Made by a program: the position numbers and the translations under genes. From the NCBI GenBank assembly GCA_018400815.1, contig JAGYLS010000001.1, positions 5,978 through 69,977 on the forward strand: a stretch of 64,000 bases of DNA, written 5' to 3'. This DNA is from Candidatus Oleincola secundus (GTDB lineage: Bacteria > Atribacterota > Phoenicimicrobiia > Phoenicimicrobiales > Stramentimicrobiaceae). Under the pieces are notes generated by a model, which made no database searches, was not told where the DNA came from, and worked only from the letters and a program-made list of their open reading frames with translations. Below are positions 19,548 to 28,942 of the stretch, piece after piece. Numbering within the stretch: the first letter of the stretch is position 1; the number at the start of each line of letters is the position of its first letter.

Positions 19548-21149
19548 TTAAAACTCCAGGAAAAGGCGAGAGCCAATGCTCGCATGGCGATCAGACGCAG
19601 GATAGCTGACGCGCAGAGACGCGAGGCCGTCAAACGCACCAAGGTGCAGATAGCCGCCCGCAAAAAGGCCGCGAAAACCAACGGTGGGATAGGCGGTATA
19701 AAAATAATCGCCACAATGGTTTGATCCGCTGCCTGTACCGCCCGTGAGTAGTGGCAGCATAGAGCCTTCTGCAAAGGTATTCACATAACCATTGCCTTCA
19801 GCTATGTTTTTGTAAAACTCATAATTTGTAAAAGTATCGTCAGCAAAATTTGCAGGATTTTTACAAATGTATGTTTCTGAATTTTCGGCACTGTTGTAAA
19901 TGTTAATGCCATCCTTCCACTCCCATATATGCCCAAAAACATCGCGCTGCCAGTGGAAAATAGCCATCTGCGTGCTTAAATCGCCTGTGCCACCTACAAA
20001 ATCACTAACAGTAAGTGGTATGCTGCCATTGCGGACATTAGCGGTATTCGGGTCAGCAGGTGTGGCAGTAACCGTTCCTGCTCCTGTTGCCGCTGCGCTT
20101 CCTCCGTCAGTTGTCCATACAGGATTGTAGGCGTTGTAGCTACTCCAATCGTCGCTACTTGCATTTGATGCGCCATCTCCCAGGTTTGTTTGTGAGTTCA
20201 TGTTCAAAAACTCAACCAACATCAGCCAGTATTTCATTTCATAATACCAAAATGGTTCCTGGCTCCATTTGCTGTGTGCTGTTTTATTTTGCGCGTAGGT
20301 ACGAAATTCAGATCGGCCTTTATTCGTTGTTGGCGTTACGCCTGAAATACTTCGCAGCTTACTATCTCCTGCAAGGTCAGCGTAGGCAGGGTAAATGCCT
20401 ACTGCATGTTTTGGCACTTCAATAAATCCTGGCAGTGCATACTTGCTAAACATGATTTGTTGTTTGTTACGCAAAGTATCTCTGTATGCTTTGAAATACA
20501 TACGTTCATACACCGTCATTACATCACCATCAGCACCTGTAAGAACAGATGCAGTAACTCCATCTTCTTTCAGTGAAAGATTTGTTGGGTCAAGTTTATA
20601 GGCAATTGTTCCATCTTCTTCAACCACAGCAGGGTAGATCATGTCATAACCAGTTACTGCATTTTGTGCAAACAAAACAGGATTACCTATTGCAGTAACA
20701 GTTGAATTTGTTTGACCTGGTGTCCATTCTACGCCGTACCAATATGTATCAAATGAATTGAATATTGGGTCATTCATCACTACATAATCACTTGCCCCTG
20801 TGTACATCACATCAACATACTCCCATTGGTATCTTAATGTTGCTATTGTATCACCATTATAATCAGTTACAGCTACAGTACCAGATGTATCATCTACTTT
20901 TTGTATTCTGAATCTGACATTTGTTAGGGTACTCGAATACAAAGGGTGAGAACCATAAATTTGAAATTCTAAATCATCTGTACCTGTAGTAAACAGATAA
21001 TGATTGTAACCTTCATAATCAGATACACTCTGACTTGTAGATACCGCAATAGGATTAAAAATAGTCGATGTAATAACAATAGGTGTAGTATCACTTGTTA
21101 AATCTGATATTCTTAAATCTCCTAATATATAATCATAAACTAGTCCCAT
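19548..21149 (-). CDS. Tail fibre / receptor-binding protein. It has an AT-rich N-terminal phage-type anchor and a GC-rich C-terminal FGE-sulfatase / C-type-lectin-like domain.
   Basis: C-terminal motifs FGHIWEWKDG (FGE 'GNVWEW') and GG..LG....RVSYPASDRHASIGSRL (FGE 'RGGSW..R.AYR....R..IGFR'). GC jumps from about 30% to 45-58% at about 20750. Confidence 0.6.
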   Translation of the reverse strand: MGLVYDYILGDLRISDLTSDTTPIVITSTIFNPIAVSTSQSVSDYEGYNHYLFTTGTDDLEFQIYGSHPLYSSTLTNVRFRIQKVDDTSGTVAVTDYNGDTIATLRYQWEYVDVMYTGASDYVVMNDPIFNSFDTYWYGVEWTPGQTNSTVTAIGNPVLFAQNAVTGYDMIYPAVVEEDGTIAYKLDPTNLSLKEDGVTASVLTGADGDVMTVYERMYFKAYRDTLRNKQQIMFSKYALPGFIEVPKHAVGIYPAYADLAGDSKLRSISGVTPTTNKGRSEFRTYAQNKTAHSKWSQEPFWYYEMKYWLMLVEFLNMNSQTNLGDGASNASSDDWSSYNAYNPVWTTDGGSAAATGAGTVTATPADPNTANVRNGSIPLTVSDFVGGTGDLSTQMAIFHWQRDVFGHIWEWKDGINIYNSAENSETYICKNPANFADDTFTNYEFYKNIAEGNGYVNTFAEGSMLPLLTGGTGSGSNHCGDYFYTAYPTVGFRGLFAGGYLHLGAFDGLASLRVSYPASDRHASIGSRLFLEF

Positions 21150-21152
21150 AAT

Positions 21153-21485
21153 CTAAAATGTTATATTAGTTCCTGTAAAAGCATATATTTTAGCCCTATT
21201 ATCATTCAACCATGTTTCTTCTACATAATCTCTACTAACATTACCACCATCAGCAACTTCTACAGTTTTAGTAAGAGTTAGTTTTCTAATAGCCCACTTT
21301 TCATCAGAAGCCGCAGTTTCAGATGATTCAGGATAACCTATATAAATAGTAGTCACATTAGAATCGGCAGTCAACACATTAGATACATATTTTCCACCAT
21401 TTAGAACTATAGTTCTTTTTATTGGTTCATTTCCTATACTTAAAACTTCAGGTATTGTGTAATTCATTATTTTATTCTTTAACAA
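21153..21485 (-). CDS. Hypothetical tail-associated protein, 110 aa.
   Basis: ORF overlapping its neighbour by 14 nt. Confidence 0.45.
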   Translation of the reverse strand: MLKNKIMNYTIPEVLSIGNEPIKRTIVLNGGKYVSNVLTADSNVTTIYIGYPESSETAASDEKWAIRKLTLTKTVEVADGGNVSRDYVEETWLNDNRAKIYAFTGTNITF

Positions 21486-22719
21486 TTAATACTTCATAAG
21501 TTATTGTATTTCCTTCAAATCCAAATGAACCAGGAACAACTTCACTAATCCAAATTTCAGTTATTGCTGTCTCATTAATAAAAGAATTAACAATAGTTCC
21601 ATCATTTTCATATTCAACATTAGCAATTAAATCACTAGCTGCACTACTACTACCTATCTTTAAATAAGCAGTACCTGTTCCACCAGAAGCTGAACCTTTT
21701 ATATTAAATAATCTATAACCAACTGGTACATCCATTAATTTACCATCAGCAGATATAGTAGCTTCTATGAGTTTATGTTCTCTATTAGATTCAAATGCAA
21801 AAGAATCATCTACTGTATCAGAAGCAGGATCATAAGGATTTTTTAATAAAGTACAATTAAAATAATCTCTCTTATCTAATAGTAAACCATAATAAACACT
21901 ATTTATAGAAAATAATACTTCATTGTCTTTATTTGTCTTTACCATTTTATACTCTTTAAAAGGTATAAAATTAGAATACGATCTATCTATTTCTATATCA
22001 TTAGAAGATGTATCACAAAACACATTAAAATTATACATATTAATACTAGGAGAAGCAACACTTACATTAAGAAGTGGATGTTGACCACCTACCATTTCAA
22101 AATTAAGCCAAGTGTAAGTACCAAATGTAGAAGGATAATGTACCCAATCTGAATATCCTACAGTTAATGTACCATCAGGAATAATTGTACCTTTTGTAGA
22201 ATAAATCCATTGTGAATTTTTATAATTAGTTCCTTGTGATGCTACAAATATTATACCTGTTAAGGTATCTGTTGCTTCATCAAATATAGATAATCTTTCC
22301 CACGGTTCATCTTCATGCACTATATATACTCCATTTAAAGGCCCAAGCCAAGCAGGACATAATACTACATCACCCTCTTCACAAAGAACACCATCACAAG
22401 TAGCACTACCTTGTATTTCTGTATCTACTAAAGGAGTAGCACTGTTTATATTAATAGCTTTAACATAAAACGAACCATCATAAACTCTAGCCTTCCAAGT
22501 AGAACCATCGTTATATAATTGCCATGTTATACTGTTATTCGGATCTTCAAATGTAAAACCTTCATAGTAAGCATCACTACTTACATCATTTAAATATGTT
22601 AATAACTCTGTTAGTGTATTAAAATAAGCACCTGGAGCTAATGATTTCTTAGAATCTACTGGAGATTTAGTAATATTCATTAAAGAATAGTTAACTGTTT
22701 TAATAGTTTTATTTGCCAT
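21472..22719 (-). CDS. Hypothetical tail protein, 415 aa.
   Basis: ORF. Confidence 0.5.
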   Translation of the reverse strand: MANKTIKTVNYSLMNITKSPVDSKKSLAPGAYFNTLTELLTYLNDVSSDAYYEGFTFEDPNNSITWQLYNDGSTWKARVYDGSFYVKAININSATPLVDTEIQGSATCDGVLCEEGDVVLCPAWLGPLNGVYIVHEDEPWERLSIFDEATDTLTGIIFVASQGTNYKNSQWIYSTKGTIIPDGTLTVGYSDWVHYPSTFGTYTWLNFEMVGGQHPLLNVSVASPSINMYNFNVFCDTSSNDIEIDRSYSNFIPFKEYKMVKTNKDNEVLFSINSVYYGLLLDKRDYFNCTLLKNPYDPASDTVDDSFAFESNREHKLIEATISADGKLMDVPVGYRLFNIKGSASGGTGTAYLKIGSSSAASDLIANVEYENDGTIVNSFINETAITEIWISEVVPGSFGFEGNTITYEVLIVKE

Positions 22720-22720
22720 G

Positions 22721-23188
22721 TTATGTGTTATTAACTTTAAATTTTAAATTTAAAGGCCAAGTTTTATTTCCATAATTATCTGTACCATTACTTATGTATA
22801 GTATATGACTTTTACCTCCAACAGGATATTCAAAATCGTCAGTTTTAGTAAAAGTAGTAACAGTTTCATATCCTGAACCATCTAAAGGAATAGTAATATA
22901 ATCAATTCCAACTTGTTGTTGCCAATAATAATATTGAGGAAATGGAGGAAAATGTTTAGGCAATAATACATACATATAACAACTAACTATACCAAACAAG
23001 GTTTGCCAATTTAAAGATATAGTTTCTGCTGGAGAAATACTACTAGATTCATAAGCACGTTGACCTTCTACAATTGAAGCTAAATCACTAATAATTGTAG
23101 CTGGTGTAATAGTTCTAGACTGACTAACTCCTATTATAGCTTGAGTTTTTGAAGCTACACTAGAGAGTATTGGAATTGGATAATGCAT
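22721..23188 (-). CDS. Hypothetical protein, 155 aa.
   Basis: ORF. Confidence 0.45.
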   Translation of the reverse strand: MHYPIPILSSVASKTQAIIGVSQSRTITPATIISDLASIVEGQRAYESSSISPAETISLNWQTLFGIVSCYMYVLLPKHFPPFPQYYYWQQQVGIDYITIPLDGSGYETVTTFTKTDDFEYPVGGKSHILYISNGTDNYGNKTWPLNLKFKVNNT

Positions 23189-23200
23189 ATTATTTATTTT

Positions 23201-25060
23201 TTATATAGCTAATAAATTACCAATAGGTTTACTAATTGAACCCATAAATCTCACCTTACTTCCTGGAGTAGTAAGATCTACTTTTCCTGATATTAAACCC
23301 GAATATACAACTACATCTGAACTTCTATTTAATGTAGCTACATCGCCAGTATCAACTTTTATAAACCTACTATCATCAAAAATAATAGTCATGCTGTCTC
23401 CTTCACTACCAATCGTATTATATTTAGATTCAACTATAATAGTAAATGACCCACCTATTCCCGCTTCTATATTTGTTCCATCTCCATAATCTTCTAGAGT
23501 AATAGTAAGAGTTTTTCCATCTAAAACATACGCATAAATAATATGAAGAATATTGCCTTTACTAATATCAAATGCTATTTCTTCAGTCATATCCTCTTCA
23601 GTTCCCTCTACAAATTGAAGTCCTGTTCTACCAAATCCTTCTATTGTAGAATGGCCTGATCTTCTTTTTATATTATTGCTTCCTTCTACAACATTCTTTT
23701 TAATTTCAATGTTACCATATCCTTCTAATTTCTTAGGAGTGACTAAAGTACTATGCTCTGTACTAACACCAAAGTTAATATCACCTCTAACAAAAGTATC
23801 ACCAAATCCCTCAATATCGCCTATATTGTCATTTACTGATATTGCTACCACTGTATCTTTATCACCTCTTACTCCAGCATCATCTAAAGATTCAGTGCCT
23901 GCTTCATCATTTACTACATAAAAGTCTTTGTGTATAGTTAATTTAGAAGTATTACCTATTATAAGTTGCTTAGAGGTAGTATCTTTAATATTTACATCAG
24001 CAATTCCATAAATTGTTTTACTAGTAATATCTACACTAAATACAGAATTTGAATAACCACTAGCAGCTGACCCAACATAAAGATCATTTTTAACATAAGC
24101 TTTTCCATTTAAAGTAGTAATTCCAGTTACTATTAAAGTTCCACCAATTGAAACATTCCTACTAGCTATATAATCTCTAGAGTTAATATCCCTTGTGGTA
24201 ATTAAAGTGCAATATTCATTAATAAGTAACGCCTGTTCGGTTGTTGTATTACGAACTCTTAATAAATTAGAACCCGCTCCATAATTTATATCTATGATTT
24301 TTGTACCAGTAGCATTTTGTAATACTACATCTTCATATTTAGATACTATTCTGTCTCCGTATGCAATAAGTTTACCACTATGAATATTCAATAATTCATC
24401 ATCATCTAAAATAACAGGATTAGTTCCTATGTTTAAAGTTTTAGGTATTGATACTTCATTAGTAAAACTAACTTCTATATATCTTCCATTATAATCATCT
24501 TCTCCAGTTTCGTCTACTCTATTAAATATAAAATTAGTTACTCCATCTGGTTGCACTAAACCTAATATAGAATCTCCACCTAAATAACAAGCAAAATCCC
24601 AACCTAAACTAATATTACTAGTTATAACTGAATTTCTAACATAAATAGCATCTGTTGTTTTATCAATTAATACATCTCCTTGAAGAGTATATCGTTTCCA
24701 AAAAGGAATATATGAATTTGCATCTTCACTGTCACCTATATTATTTATATTGTTTACAACAAAAACTCTATGATTATCATCAAAAAACTTAGTATGCTCT
24801 TCATTACTATGTAAAAAAGGATTAGCCTCTGAATAAGCTGTTAAGTTTGTTGGAAAAGTAATTCCATCTCTCATTATAAGTCTATATCTTCTTTGAGAAG
24901 CAGCATTTACTATAGTAGAGGGTATTAATTTATTACCAAATTCTGTTTCAACTACTTGTTGAATAGTAGTTAAAGTACCATATCCAAAAAAACTTTTATA
25001 ATCTAAATTACCAACTGAATTATAAGATAATAAAGTTCCTATTGTTTCTATTAGTGCCAT
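23201..25060 (-). CDS. Tail fibre or spike-like protein, 619 aa.
   Basis: Repetitive beta-rich Gly/Thr/Asn/Ile composition and repeated VxNDxxG segments typical of fibre shafts. Confidence 0.45.
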   Translation of the reverse strand: MALIETIGTLLSYNSVGNLDYKSFFGYGTLTTIQQVVETEFGNKLIPSTIVNAASQRRYRLIMRDGITFPTNLTAYSEANPFLHSNEEHTKFFDDNHRVFVVNNINNIGDSEDANSYIPFWKRYTLQGDVLIDKTTDAIYVRNSVITSNISLGWDFACYLGGDSILGLVQPDGVTNFIFNRVDETGEDDYNGRYIEVSFTNEVSIPKTLNIGTNPVILDDDELLNIHSGKLIAYGDRIVSKYEDVVLQNATGTKIIDINYGAGSNLLRVRNTTTEQALLINEYCTLITTRDINSRDYIASRNVSIGGTLIVTGITTLNGKAYVKNDLYVGSAASGYSNSVFSVDITSKTIYGIADVNIKDTTSKQLIIGNTSKLTIHKDFYVVNDEAGTESLDDAGVRGDKDTVVAISVNDNIGDIEGFGDTFVRGDINFGVSTEHSTLVTPKKLEGYGNIEIKKNVVEGSNNIKRRSGHSTIEGFGRTGLQFVEGTEEDMTEEIAFDISKGNILHIIYAYVLDGKTLTITLEDYGDGTNIEAGIGGSFTIIVESKYNTIGSEGDSMTIIFDDSRFIKVDTGDVATLNRSSDVVVYSGLISGKVDLTTPGSKVRFMGSISKPIGNLLAI

Positions 25061-25084
25061 TTTATATATTTGTTAAATTATTAA

Positions 25085-26782
25085 TTAAATCTCAGAATAA
25101 CGTAATTCAAAATAGGTTAAAGCATTGGACATAACACCTACATAAGTGTTATAATCATAAACAAGAATATCAACAGTATTAGTTGATACAAACCACATTG
25201 TATATAATTTACCATCATAAGTTACATTTTCGATATGAGCAACTGGATTATTAACACCTATTGTGTGATATATACCAGAAGCATTTACTTTAGTATAATT
25301 ATAAATAGGAAAACCTATTCCTTCAGGAATCATAAAAACACAAATGCAATTAGTAGTAGGCCAAGTACCATAATATTGTCCTTGCAAATATACATCAGTG
25401 GCTATAGCTTTAAATCTAGCATCCAAATTTCTATTATTGTCAATAGAAAAAACTAAATTATTTTTATTTGTAATTTCAGCAGCATTAATCTTAAAACTGT
25501 GATTATCATCTAACCAACTTAAAATACTATTTTTTAAATCTTCAAGTTCCCACGGGGGATTTACTAATTCACTTCCATCTATATCAATATCATAATTTTT
25601 AAATCCTTTACTTGAGTCAAAATCAGAATTTAAAGGATCAACACTATAAGGAGTGCCATCTATATTTTGATATTGGCTTAGTGCGAATATTGGAAAATAT
25701 ATAATACTATTTTCAGGAGTTCCTATTAATTCACTTTCAGATAAAGTTAAATATTCAACACCATCTATATCTTTAAATGTTATTTCAGCTGTTACTGTAT
25801 CTCCTTCAACTATAGAATATTCACCGCCTATAATTCCATTTAATACAAATTGTTGAATTACTACATCAGGATTTTCTATAGATTGATTATCAAAAGGATC
25901 AGGACTATCATTTAAATAATAAGATATTTCTGTGTTACCTTCATATTTACTAGGTAGAAATTGATAAATAGCGGTTAATGTGTTTTCTATTTCATCATAT
26001 GTCAAATAAGTAAAACTCTGAAAAGGATTTAAATCCATATATATAGTAGCATTTATATCTTGATCTTCTACTATTATATTTGTATTAGGAGTAGTCTGTT
26101 GAGAATTATAAGGATGGAAATTTTGAACAGTAGCACTTATTCTATATTCTCCAGGAATAACGTCAAGTAAAGTAACTTCACCTTGATCATTAGTAGTTCC
26201 TGTTTTAGTAACTGAAGGATTAGATATATCTTCTATGATTACACTAACCCCTTGTATAATATCATGAATATTTAAATCATCTTTAACCTGAATAGTTACA
26301 GTATAAGTATCTATCGGAGGAATTGCAGTAGAAGTAAATACATAGGCATTAGATTTACTATGTATAACTTCTCCTGAATTATTCAATACCTCTAAAGTTA
26401 TTCCATATTGTCCAACAGGAAAAGAACTAAATAAAGGAATAAATTTATTAGATTCCTTGTAAATAACTCCATCCCTTAATATTCTCCATCTAAGTTGACC
26501 AATTTCTTTATTTGTGGCTATAATTGGCTGTAATGTTATATTATTACCAGCCTGATAAGTAAACGGAGAATCGCCGGATTCAGCTAAATGTTGAGTATCA
26601 TTATAAAATACAACAAAATCTACTGATCCTGAAGAAGTACCACCACCAATACTTTTTAATAACTCTCCCGATATTTTTTTATCTTTAAGATCATTTGGGT
26701 CATAGCCATATAATATAGCATTATCTGGAATACTAGGAAAAGACTCAGATAATTGACTTACATGTTTTGTTTCATCAGCCAT
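25085..26782 (-). CDS. Tail fibre / adhesin-like protein, 565 aa, with a carboxypeptidase-regulatory-like (Cna-B-type) beta-sandwich domain.
   Basis: VKDDLNIHDIIQGVSVIIEDISNPSVTKTGTTNDQGEVTLLDVIPGEYRISATVQNFHPY matches CarboxypepD_reg-like pattern (G.V.D...G..........tD..G...l..l..G.Y.l). Confidence 0.45.
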   Translation of the reverse strand: MADETKHVSQLSESFPSIPDNAILYGYDPNDLKDKKISGELLKSIGGGTSSGSVDFVVFYNDTQHLAESGDSPFTYQAGNNITLQPIIATNKEIGQLRWRILRDGVIYKESNKFIPLFSSFPVGQYGITLEVLNNSGEVIHSKSNAYVFTSTAIPPIDTYTVTIQVKDDLNIHDIIQGVSVIIEDISNPSVTKTGTTNDQGEVTLLDVIPGEYRISATVQNFHPYNSQQTTPNTNIIVEDQDINATIYMDLNPFQSFTYLTYDEIENTLTAIYQFLPSKYEGNTEISYYLNDSPDPFDNQSIENPDVVIQQFVLNGIIGGEYSIVEGDTVTAEITFKDIDGVEYLTLSESELIGTPENSIIYFPIFALSQYQNIDGTPYSVDPLNSDFDSSKGFKNYDIDIDGSELVNPPWELEDLKNSILSWLDDNHSFKINAAEITNKNNLVFSIDNNRNLDARFKAIATDVYLQGQYYGTWPTTNCICVFMIPEGIGFPIYNYTKVNASGIYHTIGVNNPVAHIENVTYDGKLYTMWFVSTNTVDILVYDYNTYVGVMSNALTYFELRYSEI

Positions 26783-26785
26783 AAT

Positions 26786-27187
26786 TTAATCTTTATAAGT
26801 TTGAATAAATTCATCTCCATCTCTAAGAGTAAAATAAATTCTATCTATTGTTACTAATATATTAAGTCCATCTTCAGTAACTACTGGTATTTCAAATATG
26901 TCTAAGAAAGTTTTAAACTTAATATTATGACAATACATTTTCTTAACTATATCTTCTACATCATAATCAACTAAAACATCAGTCCATCCATATCCACTAT
27001 TAAATGTCATTTTAGCTTTAATAGAATAGAATATATAGAAAAAGTATTTATAATTAGCAGGACTAGTATATACATCTGATCTTCCTGTTATACTTTCTAT
27101 GTAAATATGATCTTTCCAAATATTACTCATTTGATTAGAGAAATAATCAGTAAATCTATTATAATATATAGACAAAGGAGTTAACAT
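26786..27187 (-). CDS. Hypothetical protein, 133 aa.
   Basis: ORF. Confidence 0.45.
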   Translation of the reverse strand: MLTPLSIYYNRFTDYFSNQMSNIWKDHIYIESITGRSDVYTSPANYKYFFYIFYSIKAKMTFNSGYGWTDVLVDYDVEDIVKKMYCHNIKFKTFLDIFEIPVVTEDGLNILVTIDRIYFTLRDGDEFIQTYKD

Positions 27188-27756
27188 GAATATTCAAAAT
27201 TAGAACTTAATAAATATTGATTTATTCTATATATTATTTCACTTGTTTCAAATAACCTATTATATAGTCCACTTGGTAAATTATCTACTGTACTATTAAT
27301 ATCTCTAAACTCCCAACCTAAAAATGAAAAAGACATATTACTGACTACATTAAAAACATAATCCCTATGTGAGAAATAATACTCATTACAAGGTTTAGTT
27401 GGACAACAACATATATTATCCTGTGCTGTTTCAAACAAGTAGTCAGTAATATTCTTAACATTGATTATAACATGCTTGTATTCTTCACCTAATTCATTTT
27501 GTATGTACAGATAATAAATACCATCATCTGTAACATTTATACTTATAGAGGCAGATAGAATATCAAATATTTTAATATATTTACCAACACGAGAATAATT
27601 GATTTCATCTATTAAAGGAAGTACTATATTATCTTCTTCATTAGTAACAGGATTTAGTTTATTAATTTTGTAAGAATAATAAACATCAGGTGTAGCCGCT
27701 AATGTAAAATCAATAGTTACTTTATTATAATCATTTCTAGTTATTATATAACTCAT
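27181..27756 (-). CDS. Hypothetical protein, 191 aa.
   Basis: ORF with overlapping start and stop codons with its neighbours. Confidence 0.45.
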   Translation of the reverse strand: MSYIITRNDYNKVTIDFTLAATPDVYYSYKINKLNPVTNEEDNIVLPLIDEINYSRVGKYIKIFDILSASISINVTDDGIYYLYIQNELGEEYKHVIINVKNITDYLFETAQDNICCCPTKPCNEYYFSHRDYVFNVVSNMSFSFLGWEFRDINSTVDNLPSGLYNRLFETSEIIYRINQYLLSSNFEYSC

Positions 27757-28940
27757 TGTTGTTGATTTTGTAATTGACCAGTAGCAGAAGCATTTTTCAT
27801 ATTATATCTAGTCAAGCTAAGAGCAATAGCTAAATCTAATATTTTATTATGTGATTTAATAGGTAAATTAGAAGTTATATTATTTTCAACATCAATACCT
27901 ATAGGTTCAGTAACATAAGACATTTTCACATAATTAACAATCTTTTCATCTGAATATATTTTTAGCTTATTGTTTACTATTTCAGCTATTAAAAAATAAT
28001 CAGGATTTATATATTTGTTATCATTAAGAAGATAAGCATTTTCAGTAGTTATTAATTCAACAGGAATAGTCTTAGTTTCTATTAATTGAACACCATCAGG
28101 TAATGTAAAATTTCTACTAATATTACATTGAAACACTACTCCTTCAATACTACTACTATATCCTCCTACAGTTGATAGATCAATAGGATCATCTGCAAAT
28201 TTCAATTTATATTCTTTACCCAATTCTAATTCAACAGAATTAGTTAAAGGATTTCCTACTTCTATATTAGCTTTTAAATTTAATATTTTGTAATTAGAAA
28301 TAGAATTAAGAGGCTTTAAAGAACTATTTGTATCCTCAAAGGTACTTCTTAATATTTTATATTTAGGGTTTGTGCTTTCAGATATAATGTCAACAGGGTT
28401 ATTAAATTCGTACAAATTCATGTATTTGTGAGTATTTGACAAAGGATTCTCACATAAATAACTTCCTTTTTTAAATTCTACAGAATCATTAAGTGTATTA
28501 TAATTAGCATATCCTAAATCACATTTAAAAGAAGCCCCTACAGGAGAGTTTACAACTCCCCCATAAGGACTCAAATCAACACCACCCAAATCACTAACTA
28601 ACTTATAAGACACACCAGAAATAATTAAATCACCGTTTCTTATTGTATTATCACTATTTAAAATATTCTCATAAGGAAAATCACATAACACATAATCATT
28701 ATAATTTTCTATAGGCAAATAATCATCTCGAAGAAGAGTAGAGATTTCAGAATAATAATGCTTACTTAACTCAAAATTTAAATCATTATTAGAAGAATCA
28801 TCAAGAAAACCGTTTACAAACTGAAATATAGCATTATTAATAATAAAATCTCTATCCTCTTCTTCAAGACGATTAAATAAATTAGAATTTAGCTGTTGTA
28901 TAGCTAAATCAAAGCCTATATGAAATTCTTTAGATGTCAT
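27753..28940 (-). CDS. Hypothetical structural protein, 395 aa.
   Basis: ORF. Confidence 0.5.
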   Translation of the reverse strand: MTSKEFHIGFDLAIQQLNSNLFNRLEEEDRDFIINNAIFQFVNGFLDDSSNNDLNFELSKHYYSEISTLLRDDYLPIENYNDYVLCDFPYENILNSDNTIRNGDLIISGVSYKLVSDLGGVDLSPYGGVVNSPVGASFKCDLGYANYNTLNDSVEFKKGSYLCENPLSNTHKYMNLYEFNNPVDIISESTNPKYKILRSTFEDTNSSLKPLNSISNYKILNLKANIEVGNPLTNSVELELGKEYKLKFADDPIDLSTVGGYSSSIEGVVFQCNISRNFTLPDGVQLIETKTIPVELITTENAYLLNDNKYINPDYFLIAEIVNNKLKIYSDEKIVNYVKMSYVTEPIGIDVENNITSNLPIKSHNKILDLAIALSLTRYNMKNASATGQLQNQQQ

Positions 28941-28942
28941 TT

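Noticed and set aside
19218-20601. Eight overlapping ORFs of 60-112 aa on both strands (19218..19427+, 19409..19609+, 19460..19774-, 19521..19724+, 19900..20130+, 19994..20176-, 20087..20425+, 20395..20601+).
   Set aside because: They are artefacts of the GC-rich, stop-poor island. All are nested in or antisense to the well-supported tail-fibre gene 19548..21149. That gene's frame is validated by FGE-type motifs.
18684-21149. A complete diversity-generating retroelement (RT plus template repeat) next to the candidate variable region.
   Set aside because: No ORF with an RT YxDD motif and no second copy of the 19551-19680 sequence are visible in this window. Only the target-side signature is reported.
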